Part shown: in pieces, positions 36,450-47,253 of the stretch
How the letters are laid out: every line of letters begins with the position of its first letter
Numbering within the stretch: position 1 is the first letter of the stretch
Made by a program: the position numbers and the translations under genes
Source of the DNA: Pseudomonadota bacterium
GTDB lineage: Bacteria > Pseudomonadota > Alphaproteobacteria > Rhodobacterales > Rhodobacteraceae
Assembly (NCBI GenBank): GCA_038533575.1
Contig: JBCAYL010000001.1
Span: 274,226-338,225, forward strand
Reading direction: 5' to 3'
Length of the DNA stretch: 64,000 bases
Notes under the pieces: model-generated
What the model was told of the DNA's origin: nothing
The model's input: only the letters and a program-made list of their open reading frames with translations
The model's database searches: none

Positions 36450-37238
36450 ATGGGAGGTGAACTTTCACCCATCGACAAGGCAAAGTTCGTCGCGGCCAAG
36501 CGCGCCGCTGACTTCGTGGAGACCGGCATGAAGGTGGGCCTCGGCACGGGCTCCACGGCAGCGTGGCTTGTCCGCTGCCTTGGAGAAGCGGTGCGGGAGG
36601 ACGGTCTGCGGATCAAGGGCGTGCCCACCTCTGCGCGGACCGCCTCGCTCGCGCGGGACGTCGGGATCGAGGTCATTTCGCTCGACGAGGCCAAGTGGCT
36701 CGACATCACCATAGACGGAGCCGATGAATTCGACGCGGATCTCAACCTCATAAAGGGGGGCGGGGGCGCGCTACTGCAGGAAAAGATCGTGGCCACGGCC
36801 TCCGACCAGATGCTGGTCATCGCCGATGTCACCAAGGAGGTCGACACGCTGGGAGCGTTTCCGCTGCCCGTGGAGGTGATCCCCTTCGGATGGCAGACCA
36901 CCCGCGCCCTCCTCGAGGAAATGCTCAACGCCATGGATGTCCTCGGGCAGCAGGTCACGCTGCGCATGAACGGGGCGGCCCCCTACGTCACGGACGAGGG
37001 CAATCACATCCTCGATCTCCATCTCAATCGCATCGGTGAACCGCGCCAGCTCGCCATGGCGATGAACCAGATCCCCGGCGTCGTCGAAAACGGTCTCTTC
37101 ATGGATATCTGTGACGTGGTCATCATCGGCTACGGAGACGGCCGCGTGGAAGTGCGCGACATCAACGACGGCACCGTGAGTGAAGACAAGATCAACTTCG
37201 TCGAGACCGACAACCTCTTTACCGACTTGATGGACTAG
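36450..37238 (+). CDS. rpiA: ribose-5-phosphate isomerase A
   Basis: 262 aa. GMKVGLGTGSTA, DGADE and KGGGGALLQEK blocks. Confidence 0.95.
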   Translation: MGGELSPIDKAKFVAAKRAADFVETGMKVGLGTGSTAAWLVRCLGEAVREDGLRIKGVPTSARTASLARDVGIEVISLDEAKWLDITIDGADEFDADLNLIKGGGGALLQEKIVATASDQMLVIADVTKEVDTLGAFPLPVEVIPFGWQTTRALLEEMLNAMDVLGQQVTLRMNGAAPYVTDEGNHILDLHLNRIGEPRQLAMAMNQIPGVVENGLFMDICDVVIIGYGDGRVEVRDINDGTVSEDKINFVETDNLFTDLMD

Positions 37239-37712
37239 ATGAGCGCCCCAGACGCCGACGCCGCCCAAGAAACGATCTATCCCATGGCCCGTGCCCGGCG
37301 CCGGGGGATGGTCTTCAACATCGCGGCCTACGCCTTTGTCACGGTCATGGCCGGCGGCTACTTCAATGCTGGCGCGGGATGGGGCTGGCTCGCGCTCGCC
37401 GTCGTGGGCTTCGTGCTCTTTGCCTACACGCTCCGCGCGCTTCTCACGCGGCCCTTCGTGGCGCGCATCATGGGAGGGCGCGTGGAGGTGATCGGGCCGA
37501 CCGGCGGGCTCTACGCGTTCGACGCCGATGCCCTCACCGGAGCCACGCTCGACCCATCGGGCCGGGTGGGCATCCTGCAATACGATGACAACGGGACCGC
37601 TTACGCGCTCGTCTCGTTTCGCATGATGGGCCAAGAGGCCGCAGAAGACTTCACTGCGCGGATCAGGGCCCTACGTCCCGGCCTTCCCGAGATAGACCGC
37701 ACCAAGACCTGA
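37239..37712 (+). CDS. hypothetical membrane protein
   Basis: 157 aa. Starts immediately after the rpiA stop. Two TM segments (VFNIAAYAFVTVMAGG; WLALAVVGFVLFAYTL). G/C-rich third positions. No family recognised. Confidence 0.55.
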   Translation: MSAPDADAAQETIYPMARARRRGMVFNIAAYAFVTVMAGGYFNAGAGWGWLALAVVGFVLFAYTLRALLTRPFVARIMGGRVEVIGPTGGLYAFDADALTGATLDPSGRVGILQYDDNGTAYALVSFRMMGQEAAEDFTARIRALRPGLPEIDRTKT

Positions 37713-37724
37713 AGGACCCCGGCC

Positions 37725-39167
37725 ATGGCTGACTTTGACTACGACCTCTTCGTCATCGGCGGTGGCTCCGGCGGCACGCGCGCGGCGCGGGTGGCCGCGG
37801 CGGGGGGCGCACGTGTGGCACTCGCGGAGGAGGATCGCTACGGCGGCACCTGCGTGATCCGGGGCTGCGTGCCCAAAAAGCTTATGGTCTTCGCGTCCAC
37901 CTATTCAGAGGCTTTCGCGGAAGCGCGCGACTACGGCTGGGAGGTCACCAGCGGGGCCTTCCAGTGGGACTGGTTCAAGACGAAGCTCGAGCGAGAGCTT
38001 GACCGGTTGGAAGGCATCTACCAGCGGCTTCTCGACAATTCCGGTGTGGAGCGTTTCTCCCAGCGGGCGATCGTGACGGGCGCGCACGGGATCGAACTCG
38101 CCGATGGCACCGCCAAGACCGCAAAAACGATCCTCGTGGCCACGGGCGGGCACCCCGTGGTGCCCGACATGCCGGGCGCAGAGCTCGGCATCACGTCCAA
38201 CGAGATCTTTCACCTCGATGAATTGCCCAAGAAGATGCTGATCATCGGCGGCGGCTACATCGCCTGCGAGTTCGCTGGGATCATGACAGGTCTCGGCGTG
38301 GAGGTCTGCCAGTGGTACCGCGGCGCGCAGATCCTGCGGGGGTTCGACGACGAGGCGCGCGGCGCCATCGCCGACGGCATGCGCCGCCGTGGCGTGGACC
38401 TGCACACCGGCACCAACATCATGGAGCTCAAGCGCGCCGCCGATCATGACCCCGACATGGACAGCGTGCCGATCAAGGATCGCACGAATTACGTCCCGCC
38501 CTACGAGGGCCCACGAGGCAAGGCAGGGCCGATGTGGGTGAAATCGACTACGGGCGCCGAGATGGTCTTCGACCAGGTGCTCTTCGCCACGGGCCGCACG
38601 CCCAACACCGACGGGCTGGGGCTCGCCTCAGCCGGGGCCGAGATCGGCCGGCGCGGGGAGGTGATCGTGGACGAATATTCCCGCACTGCCACGCCGTCGA
38701 TCTACGCCATCGGCGACGTCACCAACCGGATCCAGCTGACGCCGGTGGCGATCCGCGAAGGCATGGCTTTCGTCGAGACGGTCTTCAACGACACGCCCAC
38801 GCCGGTGGACCATGACCTCGTCCCCTCCGCCGTCTTCACGCAACCGGAATTCGGCACCGTGGGCATGACCGAGGAGGAGGCGCGCGACCAGGAGGCGATC
38901 GAGATCTATGCCACCTCGTTCCGCGCCATGCGGCAGGCCTTCGCGGGCAAGGACGAACGGGTGCTGATGAAGCTCATCGTGAGCCAGGCCACGCGCAAGG
39001 TTCTGGGCTGCCACATCGTGGCGGACGGGGCGGGCGAGATGATCCAGCTTGCCGGGATCGCGGTGAAGATGGGTGCCACCAAGGAGGACTTTGACCGGGT
39101 TTGCGCCGTGCATCCCACGATGTCAGAAGAACTCGTGACCATGAAAACACCGGTGCGAACGGCCTAA
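37725..39167 (+). CDS. gor: glutathione-disulfide reductase
   Basis: 480 aa. FAD fold IGGGSGG, redox-active GGTCVIRGCVPKK, and a C-terminal dimerisation domain ending HPTMSEELVTM. Confidence 0.9.
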   Translation: MADFDYDLFVIGGGSGGTRAARVAAAGGARVALAEEDRYGGTCVIRGCVPKKLMVFASTYSEAFAEARDYGWEVTSGAFQWDWFKTKLERELDRLEGIYQRLLDNSGVERFSQRAIVTGAHGIELADGTAKTAKTILVATGGHPVVPDMPGAELGITSNEIFHLDELPKKMLIIGGGYIACEFAGIMTGLGVEVCQWYRGAQILRGFDDEARGAIADGMRRRGVDLHTGTNIMELKRAADHDPDMDSVPIKDRTNYVPPYEGPRGKAGPMWVKSTTGAEMVFDQVLFATGRTPNTDGLGLASAGAEIGRRGEVIVDEYSRTATPSIYAIGDVTNRIQLTPVAIREGMAFVETVFNDTPTPVDHDLVPSAVFTQPEFGTVGMTEEEARDQEAIEIYATSFRAMRQAFAGKDERVLMKLIVSQATRKVLGCHIVADGAGEMIQLAGIAVKMGATKEDFDRVCAVHPTMSEELVTMKTPVRTA

Positions 39168-39245
39168 GAGCAGTTGATTTCGGGCCAAAAACACACATCT
39201 GACTGATCAATCCGTATGCAATTCTCAAACGAGCAAGGAACAGCA

Positions 39246-40421
39246 ATGGCTGGTAATTCTGGCGGCCCCTGGGGGGGCGGCAATTCAGGAGGCGGCAACC
39301 GGGGCAATCGTCCCACGGGCGGCGGCTCGAATGGCGGCAACGGCGGTGGTCGCCGGCCCGGCAATGATGGTGGTCCGCAGATCCCCGAAATCGACGAGAT
39401 CATGAAGAAGGGCCAAGAGCAGCTGCGCGTGCTCATGGGAGGCCGCGGTGGCGGCTCCAACGGCTCCGGCAGCGGCGGCGATGGCGGCCCTGCCTTCACG
39501 AAAGGCACGCTCGGCCTCGGCGCCGTGGCGCTCCTCGTCCTTTGGGCGTTCAACTCTTTCTATACGGTGCGCCCGGAAGAGCAGTCCGTGGAGCTTTTCC
39601 TCGGTGATTTCTCCTCTATCGGGCAGCCGGGCCTCAACTTCGCGCCCTGGCCGGTCATGACCTACGAGATCCTGCCGGTGACCCGCGAACAGACGGTGGA
39701 AATCGGCACTGGCACCCGCGGCGGTGACGCGGGCCTGATGCTGACGGGCGATGAGAACGTGGTCGACATCGACTTCCAGGTCGTCTGGAACATCTCCGAC
39801 CCCGCACAGTATCTCTTCAACCTCGCGACCCCGCCCGAGACGATCGACGCGGTGGCTGAATCGGCCATGCGCGAGATCATTGCGCAGAGCCAGCTCGCGC
39901 CGATCTTGAATAGAGACCGCGCCGTCATCGCCCAGCGACTGGAGGATCTCATCCAGACCACGCTCGACGGATACGAGAGCGGGATCAACGTCATCCGCGT
40001 GAACTTTGACCGCGCCGACCCGCCGCAGGACGTCATCGACGCCTTCCGCGACGTGCAGGCCGCCGAACAGGAGCGTGACCGTCTCCAGAACGAAGCCGAC
40101 GCCTATGCCAACCGTGTCCTCGCCGAGGCCCGCGGTGAAGCGGCACAGGTGCTGGAACAGGCGGAAGGCTACCGCGCGCAGGTAGTCAATGCCGCCGAAG
40201 GTGAAGCCTCGCGCTTCAACGCGGTTCTCGACCAATACCTGCAACAGCCCGACATCACGCGCCAGCGTCTCTACCTGGAGACGATGGAGCAGGTGCTCGG
40301 CCGCGTGGACAAGATCATCCTCGACGACACGTCCGGCGAAGGCGCCGGTGGCCAGGGAGTGATCCCGTTCCTGCCTTTGAACGAACTGCGCCGCAGCGCA
40401 AACAATTCCGGAAGCAACTGA
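39246..40421 (+). CDS. hflK: FtsH protease modulator HflK
   Basis: MAGNSGGPWGGG Gly-rich N-terminus, TM segment and SPFH/band-7 domain. ATG 39246 has an AAGGAA upstream. An alternative ATG at 39216 is possible. Confidence 0.9.
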   Translation: MAGNSGGPWGGGNSGGGNRGNRPTGGGSNGGNGGGRRPGNDGGPQIPEIDEIMKKGQEQLRVLMGGRGGGSNGSGSGGDGGPAFTKGTLGLGAVALLVLWAFNSFYTVRPEEQSVELFLGDFSSIGQPGLNFAPWPVMTYEILPVTREQTVEIGTGTRGGDAGLMLTGDENVVDIDFQVVWNISDPAQYLFNLATPPETIDAVAESAMREIIAQSQLAPILNRDRAVIAQRLEDLIQTTLDGYESGINVIRVNFDRADPPQDVIDAFRDVQAAEQERDRLQNEADAYANRVLAEARGEAAQVLEQAEGYRAQVVNAAEGEASRFNAVLDQYLQQPDITRQRLYLETMEQVLGRVDKIILDDTSGEGAGGQGVIPFLPLNELRRSANNSGSN

Positions 40422-40422
40422 T

Positions 40423-41322
40423 ATGAGTCGCTCAATCATCGCCCTCATCGCCGTGGTCGGCCTTATCGTGGTCGGCCTCAGCTCCATCTTCATCGTCGAC
40501 GAGCGGCAGAAGGCCCTCGTGCTCCAGTTCGGCCGCGTCGTGCAGGTCAAGGAGGATCCGGGCCTCGGTTTCAAGATCCCGCTGATCCAGCAAGTCGTGC
40601 GATACGATGACCGGATCCTGTCGATCGACGTGGACCCGCTCGAGGTCACGCCGCTCGACGATCGCCGTCTCGTCGTGGACGCCTTCGCGCGCTACCGCAT
40701 CACCGACGTGGAGCGCTTCCGTCAGGCCGTGGGCCTCGGCGGCGAGCTCGCCGCGGCCAACCGCATCGACGGCATTCTGCGCGACGAGCTTCGCGCAGCC
40801 CTCGGTGGCGTGAGCTCCAACGACATCCTCTCCGTCGACCGGGCCGCGCTCATGGCGCAGATCCGGAACGGCGCGGCAGAGGAAGCGCTGGGCCTCGGGA
40901 TCACCGTGGTGGACGTGCGCCTCAAGCGGACCGACCTGCCGCCGGAAAACCTTCAAGCCACCTTCGACCGGATGCGCGCCGAGCGTGTGCGGGAGGCTAC
41001 CGACGAACGCGCCCGCGGCCGCGAGGCCGCGCAGCGGATCGAGGCCCAGGCGGACCGTACCGTGGTGGAGCTCGTCTCCGAGGCGCAGCGCGAAAGCGAG
41101 ATCATCCGCGGTGAGGCCGACGGCGCCCGCGAACGGATCTTCGCCGACGCCTTCAGCCGCGACCCGGAGTTCTTCAACTTCTACCGCTCGATGACGTCCT
41201 ACCAGCGCTCGCTCCAGGGCGAGAACACCACGCTGGTGCTGTCGCCGGACAGCGAGTTCTTCAACTTCCTGAACTCGCCCACTGGCGAGATCGGCGGCGC
41301 GATCCCGAACTCGGATCGCTAG
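40423..41322 (+). CDS. hflC: FtsH protease modulator HflC
   Basis: 299 aa. N-terminal TM segment and SPFH domain. Starts 1 nt after the hflK stop. Confidence 0.92.
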   Translation: MSRSIIALIAVVGLIVVGLSSIFIVDERQKALVLQFGRVVQVKEDPGLGFKIPLIQQVVRYDDRILSIDVDPLEVTPLDDRRLVVDAFARYRITDVERFRQAVGLGGELAAANRIDGILRDELRAALGGVSSNDILSVDRAALMAQIRNGAAEEALGLGITVVDVRLKRTDLPPENLQATFDRMRAERVREATDERARGREAAQRIEAQADRTVVELVSEAQRESEIIRGEADGARERIFADAFSRDPEFFNFYRSMTSYQRSLQGENTTLVLSPDSEFFNFLNSPTGEIGGAIPNSDR

Positions 41323-41328
41323 GCGCCG

Positions 41329-41514
41329 ATGAGCTGGATACTCACCGGGCTTGGTCTGGTGCTCATAGTGGAGGGGCTGGTCTATGCGCTGGCCCCTTCT
41401 CTCGTTGAGGACATGCTCGAGGCCCTGAAATCCCTGCCGCTTGAGACGCGGCGCCTCATCGGGCTCGGCGCACTGGCCGCGGGCATCGTCCTCGTTCTTC
41501 TCGCCGCCGCCTAG
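41329..41514 (+). CDS. DUF2065-like small membrane protein
   Basis: 61 aa with two TM helices, immediately downstream of hflC. This is the usual position of YjeT/DUF2065 genes. Confidence 0.65.
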   Translation: MSWILTGLGLVLIVEGLVYALAPSLVEDMLEALKSLPLETRRLIGLGALAAGIVLVLLAAA

Positions 41515-41600
41515 CCGCGCGGGCCATCGCGCCAACGTGAGAGCCGCTTTGTGCCCTTGGTGGTACCATGCGCTATCCGTCGCACTTTTGGGGAGCGCTC

Positions 41601-41930
41601 GTGAAGACAGCCCGCCTCGCTGCTACCGCACTCTGCGGGGCCATGCTGGCCGCGCCCGCGGTCGACGCGCATGACCGCATCAAGCTGGTCACGCGATCCG
41701 ATCCCGGCCAGACGCTCATCATCCTCAAGCGCCATCCGCGCCATTTGCATCATCGCGTGCAAAGAAAACCACGGGTCATCGTGGTGCCGAAGAGCGGTGG
41801 CCCCGTCCTCGTGCCCCGCGATGAATCGTTCGTCCTCGTCTCGGATCCCGAGCGTGCTAAACCCTTGCCGCGCCACAAGACCATTGTGATCACGACGGGG
41901 CGGAGCCGGCTTTCTGCCCGGCACCGCTGA
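41601..41930 (+). CDS. small, very basic, His/Arg/Pro-rich exported protein (hypothetical)
   Basis: GTG 41601 is preceded by GGGGAG. Signal-like VKTARLAATALCGAMLAAPAVDA, then HDRIKLV...RHPRHLHHRVQRKPRVIVVPK. Third positions are mostly G/C, unlike the antisense ORF 41511..41954. The track ORF begins at ATG 41568. Confidence 0.4.
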   Translation: MKTARLAATALCGAMLAAPAVDAHDRIKLVTRSDPGQTLIILKRHPRHLHHRVQRKPRVIVVPKSGGPVLVPRDESFVLVSDPERAKPLPRHKTIVITTGRSRLSARHR

Positions 41931-42085
41931 ACCGACGAGCGGACCTTGCGTCACCTCACTGCCCAGTCACATGGCAGTGACAGACGAAATTCACCCATTT
42001 GCGTTGCTTTCATGTCACCCTACGTTGGTGGGGCAGGACGAAGGGGCCCCGTGGCCCCGACGAGGAACACCCCGAGGAGTACTCA

Positions 42086-43588
42086 ATGAGACGAGACGCC
42101 CATCCAACGAGCCGGGCCGAGGCCAGGGCCATCCCCCAAACGAATACAGGCCAGACCTATGTGAAGGCCGCTTGGGTCGCCTTCATGGCTGTCGCGCTCC
42201 TCATGGCGCAGGCCATTGTCGCCAAGGCGCAGACGGCGCCGCCGAGCTTTGCGGATCTTGCCGAAACGATCAGCCCGTCCGTCGTGAACATCACCACGTC
42301 GACGGTCGTGGCCGGGCGCACGGATCGCGGCCCCCAGGGAATCGTGCCCGAAGGCTCGCCCTTCGAGGATTTCTTCCGCGAATTCGAAGACCGCCGCGGT
42401 AATCAGGGCCAGCGGCCGCGCCGCTCCTCCGCGCTGGGCTCGGGCTTTGTCATCTCCGAGGACGGCTTCATCGTGACCAACAACCACGTCATCGAGGGCG
42501 CGGACGAGATCACCATCGAGTTCTTCTCGGGTGATGAGCTCGTGGCCGAACTCATCGGGACGGACCCCAACACCGATATCGCACTCTTGAAGGTGGAGGC
42601 GGATACGCCGCTGCCCTTCGTGCCTTTCGGCGACAGCGACACCGCGCGCGTGGGCGACTGGGTCGTGGCCATGGGCAACCCGCTGGGGCAGGGCTTCTCC
42701 GTCTCGGCAGGGATCGTGTCCGCGCGCAACCGCGCGCTTTCGGGCACCTATGATGATTACATCCAGACCGACGCCGCTATCAATCGCGGTAACTCGGGCG
42801 GCCCTCTCTTCAATCTCGAGGGCGAGGTGATCGGCGTGAACACGGCGATCCTGAGCCCCAATGGCGGCTCCATCGGGATCGGCTTTTCTATGGCGTCGAA
42901 CGTCGTCACGAACGTCGTGGACCAGCTCCGTGAGTTCGGCGAGACGCGCCGCGGCTGGCTCGGCGTCCGCATCCAGGACGTTACACCCGACCTCGCCGAG
43001 GCCATCGGCCTCGAGGATGCGCGCGGCGCAGCCGTGACCGACGTGCCCGAGGGCCCGGCGATGGATGCCGGCATGCAAACCAATGACATCATCATCCGCT
43101 TCGACGGCGTCGAGATCGAGGACACGCGCGAGCTCGTGCGCATCGTCGGCAACTCGCCCGTGGGCAAGGAGGTGCCAGTGGTGGTCCTCCGCGATGGCCG
43201 GACGGAAACACTGACCGTGACGCTGGGGCGCCGCGAGACCGCGATCGAGGTCCCCGCCGCGGCGCCCGGTCCGGAAAGCGAAGATGAACCCGAGCAGATG
43301 GATCAGCTCGGGTTGACGCTCTCTGTCCTCGACGACGAGGCCCGGGAAGCACTCGGCGTCGGCGACATCGAAGGCATTCTGATCTCCGACGTGGAAGAGG
43401 GCTCCGAAGCTTTCGAAAAGGGGCTCCGCGCCGGTGACGTTATCACGGAAGCCGGTCAGCAGCGCGTGACGACGCTTTCGGCGTTTTCCACGCAGATCGA
43501 TGCAGCCCGTGACGCGGGCCGCCGCTCGGTGCTGCTTCTGGTGCGCCGTGGAGAGGACCCGCGCTTCGTGGCGCTTGGCCTCGAATAG
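42086..43588 (+). CDS. degQ: DegP/DegQ (HtrA) family periplasmic serine endoprotease
   Basis: Start MRRDAHP at 42086. Catalytic TNNHV, DIALLK and GNSGGPLF, followed by two PDZ-like segments. Confidence 0.92.
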   Translation: MRRDAHPTSRAEARAIPQTNTGQTYVKAAWVAFMAVALLMAQAIVAKAQTAPPSFADLAETISPSVVNITTSTVVAGRTDRGPQGIVPEGSPFEDFFREFEDRRGNQGQRPRRSSALGSGFVISEDGFIVTNNHVIEGADEITIEFFSGDELVAELIGTDPNTDIALLKVEADTPLPFVPFGDSDTARVGDWVVAMGNPLGQGFSVSAGIVSARNRALSGTYDDYIQTDAAINRGNSGGPLFNLEGEVIGVNTAILSPNGGSIGIGFSMASNVVTNVVDQLREFGETRRGWLGVRIQDVTPDLAEAIGLEDARGAAVTDVPEGPAMDAGMQTNDIIIRFDGVEIEDTRELVRIVGNSPVGKEVPVVVLRDGRTETLTVTLGRRETAIEVPAAAPGPESEDEPEQMDQLGLTLSVLDDEAREALGVGDIEGILISDVEEGSEAFEKGLRAGDVITEAGQQRVTTLSAFSTQIDAARDAGRRSVLLLVRRGEDPRFVALGLE

Positions 43589-43613
43589 CGACGGACATGC
43601 CATGCCTATCGAG

Positions 43614-43638
43614 AAAGGGCCCCGCGCGGGCCCTTTTT
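43614..43638. terminator. bidirectional intrinsic terminator
   Basis: AAAGGGCCC-CGCGC-GGGCCCTTTTT lies between convergent degQ and the lipoprotein gene. Confidence 0.65.
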
Positions 43639-43645
43639 CATGCGC

Positions 43646-44179
43646 TCAGCCGTCTTCGCGCGGCACCGCCACGAGGCCGAGCTTCCGAGCGGCAGCGATG
43701 GAGAGGATCGCGCTGTCGAGCCCTTGCGGCGCCTGGTAGGCGCGCACGGCCCGTAGGGTCCGCGCATCCATTTCGCCGGTGATGTCGCCCGAGTAGACGC
43801 CCCGCGCTGTCAGGGCGCGCTGGACCGACGCCACGAACTCCGTCGTCAGCGCGGCCTCACAGGGTGTTTCGAACCAGATCTCGCGCCGTTCCCGGACGAT
43901 GGCCTGCCGGGTTTCGGTTTTGTACACGGCTTCGCGCCGGACCATGCCGTCCGAGCCGATCTCGGCGGGATGCAGCAGGATGTTGTCGGTCACGGTTTCG
44001 AGCACTGCGGGCGTGACGTCCTTGCCCCAGCAGCTTCCCGGCGCCGCATTGGGTGGGCCGTCCTGGGAGCTGAAGCGCTGCAGGGCAGGGTCCGCGCGCG
44101 TGACGGTTTCGACGGTGCCGCACGCCGCCGTGAAGGCGCACAGCGCCAACGGTAGAATAATGTGTTTCACTGCTCTCAT
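43646..44179 (-). CDS. lipoprotein with C-terminal peptidoglycan-binding (PG_binding_1-like) domain
   Basis: Lipobox LCAFTAAC. The C-terminus VQRALTARGVYSGDITGEMDARTLRAVRAYQAPQGL is the PG-binding repeat pattern. Confidence 0.65.
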   Translation of the reverse strand: MRAVKHIILPLALCAFTAACGTVETVTRADPALQRFSSQDGPPNAAPGSCWGKDVTPAVLETVTDNILLHPAEIGSDGMVRREAVYKTETRQAIVRERREIWFETPCEAALTTEFVASVQRALTARGVYSGDITGEMDARTLRAVRAYQAPQGLDSAILSIAAARKLGLVAVPREDG

Positions 44180-44267
44180 CCGCTTTGGCTGCGGTTTTGC
44201 TGGAGCTTAGCGGAGCCCGGGCCGTCCCGCTACCGTTGATCGCCATTCCGGCACGGCGCGCGTCGCC

Positions 44268-45109
<842 letters not shown>

Positions 45110-45110
45110 C

Positions 45111-45869
45111 GTGAGGGGGGCGCCGCGTCTGCCGTCCGACGGGTGGCGCCGGTGGGCGCGCGGCGCGCTGATGGGCCTCTGCCTAGGGCTACCACTTCCT
45201 GGGGCGGCCGACATCGCTTCGGCGCGCTTTTCGGAGCCGACGGAAAGATACGGCCATGGCGTGCTGGGCGACCCGTCCGAGCACGCAGCGATTTCCGTGC
45301 GCTTGGCGGACGGGGGCAGCGCGGTGCTCCGCTGGGACCGGCCCATGGTCTTCGAGGATGTGGAGCCGCGCCTCGTTGATATCGACGGTGACGGCGGGCA
45401 GGAGCTCCTGGTGGTGGAAAGCCACGAGCGGCTCGGCGCGCGCTTCGCGGTCTACGATGTTCGGGACGGGGCGCTTGTCCCGATTGCCCGCAATCCCTTC
45501 ATCGGCACACGCTTCCGGTGGCTGGCCATTGTCGGGGCGGGCGATCTCGACGGAGATGGCCGGGTGGAGATCGCCTATGTGGACCGACCGCATCTCGCAC
45601 GCACGCTCCGCATTTGGCGGCTGCAGCCCAGTGGCAGCGCCTTCGATCCCGTGGAGGTAGCCTCGCTGCCCGGTGTGACGAACCACCGGATCGGAGAAGA
45701 GGACATTGCCGGCGGCCTCCGCGATTGTGGCGCGGGGCCGGAGATGATCGTGGCGGATGCGGGCTGGCAGCGGCTTCTGGCCGTGCGTTTCGACGGCACA
45801 GCGCTTGAGGCGCGCGACATCGGAGCCCATTCCGGCCGCGCCTCTTTCGCGGAAGCATTGAGCTGCTAA
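45111..45869 (+). CDS. FG-GAP/VCBS repeat-like exported protein
   Basis: DIDGDGGQELLVV and GDLDGDGRVEIAYV are FG-GAP/VCBS calcium-binding-like repeats. The GTG 45111 start is uncertain. ATG 45171 gives MGLCLGLPLPGAADIA. Confidence 0.6.
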   Translation: MRGAPRLPSDGWRRWARGALMGLCLGLPLPGAADIASARFSEPTERYGHGVLGDPSEHAAISVRLADGGSAVLRWDRPMVFEDVEPRLVDIDGDGGQELLVVESHERLGARFAVYDVRDGALVPIARNPFIGTRFRWLAIVGAGDLDGDGRVEIAYVDRPHLARTLRIWRLQPSGSAFDPVEVASLPGVTNHRIGEEDIAGGLRDCGAGPEMIVADAGWQRLLAVRFDGTALEARDIGAHSGRASFAEALSC

Positions 45870-45912
45870 GGCGGGGCCCTACGCGACGCGATCAGCCGGA
45901 TTGGTGCCAGCC

Positions 45913-47187
45913 TTAGGCCTCAGGGAGCCCCTCAGGCGCAAGCGCGCGCCATCCGATATCCTTACGATAGAAGCCTTCGGGCCAGTCGATCTGTGCGAGG
46001 GTCCCGTAGGCGCGGGCGTGGGCTTCTTCGAGTGTGGCACCACGGGCGGTGACGTTGAGAACGCGCCCGCCGGCGGCGCGCACTGTGCCTTCCTCGGCGC
46101 GGGTGCCCGCGTGAAAGACCATGACGGTCGAGCTTTCAGGCAAAGCGGCGAGACCACCGATTTCGCTGCCCTTGCTGTAGCTGCCGGGGTAGCCGTCGGT
46201 GGCCATGACGACGGTGAGTGCGTGGTCTTGGGCCCAGTTCACCTGCGCATCCGCGAGGCGGCCTTCGGCGGCGGCTTGCAGCAGGTCGAGGACCTGACCG
46301 CCGAGGCGCATCATCAGGACCTGGCATTCGGGGTCGCCGAAGCGGACATTGTATTCCACCAGACGCGGCGCGCCGTGCTCGATCATCAGACCGGCATAGA
46401 GGATCCCGCGGTATGGGATGCCACGGCGGAACATCTCACGGAGTGTCGGGCGCACGATCTCGTCCATCGCGCGCGCGGCAATGGCGTCCGTCAGGACAGG
46501 GGCGGGGGAATAGGCTCCCATGCCACCGGTATTGGGGCCCGTGTCGCCCTCACCGACGCGCTTGTGATCTTGCGCCGTGCCGATGGGAACGGCGTCTTCG
46601 CCGTCGCAGAGGACGAAGAAGGAGGCTTCTTCCCCGTCCATGAACTCCTCGATGACCACTTCCGCGCCGGGCTCTGAAAAGAGCGCGTCGACAGCTGCGC
46701 GGGCCTCCTCTTCCGTCATGGCCACGGTGACCCCCTTGCCCGCTGCGAGGCCGTCGGCTTTCACCACGATGGGCGCGCCATGGCGGGCGAGGTAGGCGTG
46801 CGCAGCACCCGCATCGGAGAAATGACCATAGGCCGCCGTGGGCACGCTGGCCGCGTCACAAACGCCCTTGGTGAAGGCTTTTGAGGCCTCGAGCGCGGCC
46901 GCGGCCGCCGACGGGCCAAAGCAGAGGATGCCAGCCTCGCGCAGGGCATCGGCCACGCCCGCCGCCAGGGGCGCTTCGGGACCGATGATCACGAAATCGA
47001 CCGTCTGTTCCTGCGCGAAGGCCGCCACGGCCTCTCCATCCTCGATGTCGAGATCGGCATTCCAGGCGATCGCCGCGGTCCCCGCATTGCCGGGCGCCAC
47101 GATGAGCCGCCCGCATTTCGGGTTCTGCTTCACCGCCCAGGCCAGCGCATGTTCGCGCCCGCCCGAGCCCAGGATGAGGATGTTCAT
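45913..47187 (-). CDS. purD: phosphoribosylamine-glycine ligase
   Basis: 424 aa. MNILILGSGGREHALAW opening and ATP-grasp blocks. Confidence 0.97.
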   Translation of the reverse strand: MNILILGSGGREHALAWAVKQNPKCGRLIVAPGNAGTAAIAWNADLDIEDGEAVAAFAQEQTVDFVIIGPEAPLAAGVADALREAGILCFGPSAAAAALEASKAFTKGVCDAASVPTAAYGHFSDAGAAHAYLARHGAPIVVKADGLAAGKGVTVAMTEEEARAAVDALFSEPGAEVVIEEFMDGEEASFFVLCDGEDAVPIGTAQDHKRVGEGDTGPNTGGMGAYSPAPVLTDAIAARAMDEIVRPTLREMFRRGIPYRGILYAGLMIEHGAPRLVEYNVRFGDPECQVLMMRLGGQVLDLLQAAAEGRLADAQVNWAQDHALTVVMATDGYPGSYSKGSEIGGLAALPESSTVMVFHAGTRAEEGTVRAAGGRVLNVTARGATLEEAHARAYGTLAQIDWPEGFYRKDIGWRALAPEGLPEA

Positions 47188-47253
47188 GGCCCGCCCTTTC
47201 CCTCTTTCGCCGCGCGTCCTAGACTCCGGTTCAGCCCATCACAAGAGCGCTCC

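Noticed and set aside
41511-41954. 147-aa minus-strand ORF between DUF2065 and degQ
   Set aside because: The opposite (plus) frame has better third-position GC bias, an RBS-spaced GTG and a signal peptide. The minus ORF is antisense to flanking co-directional genes.
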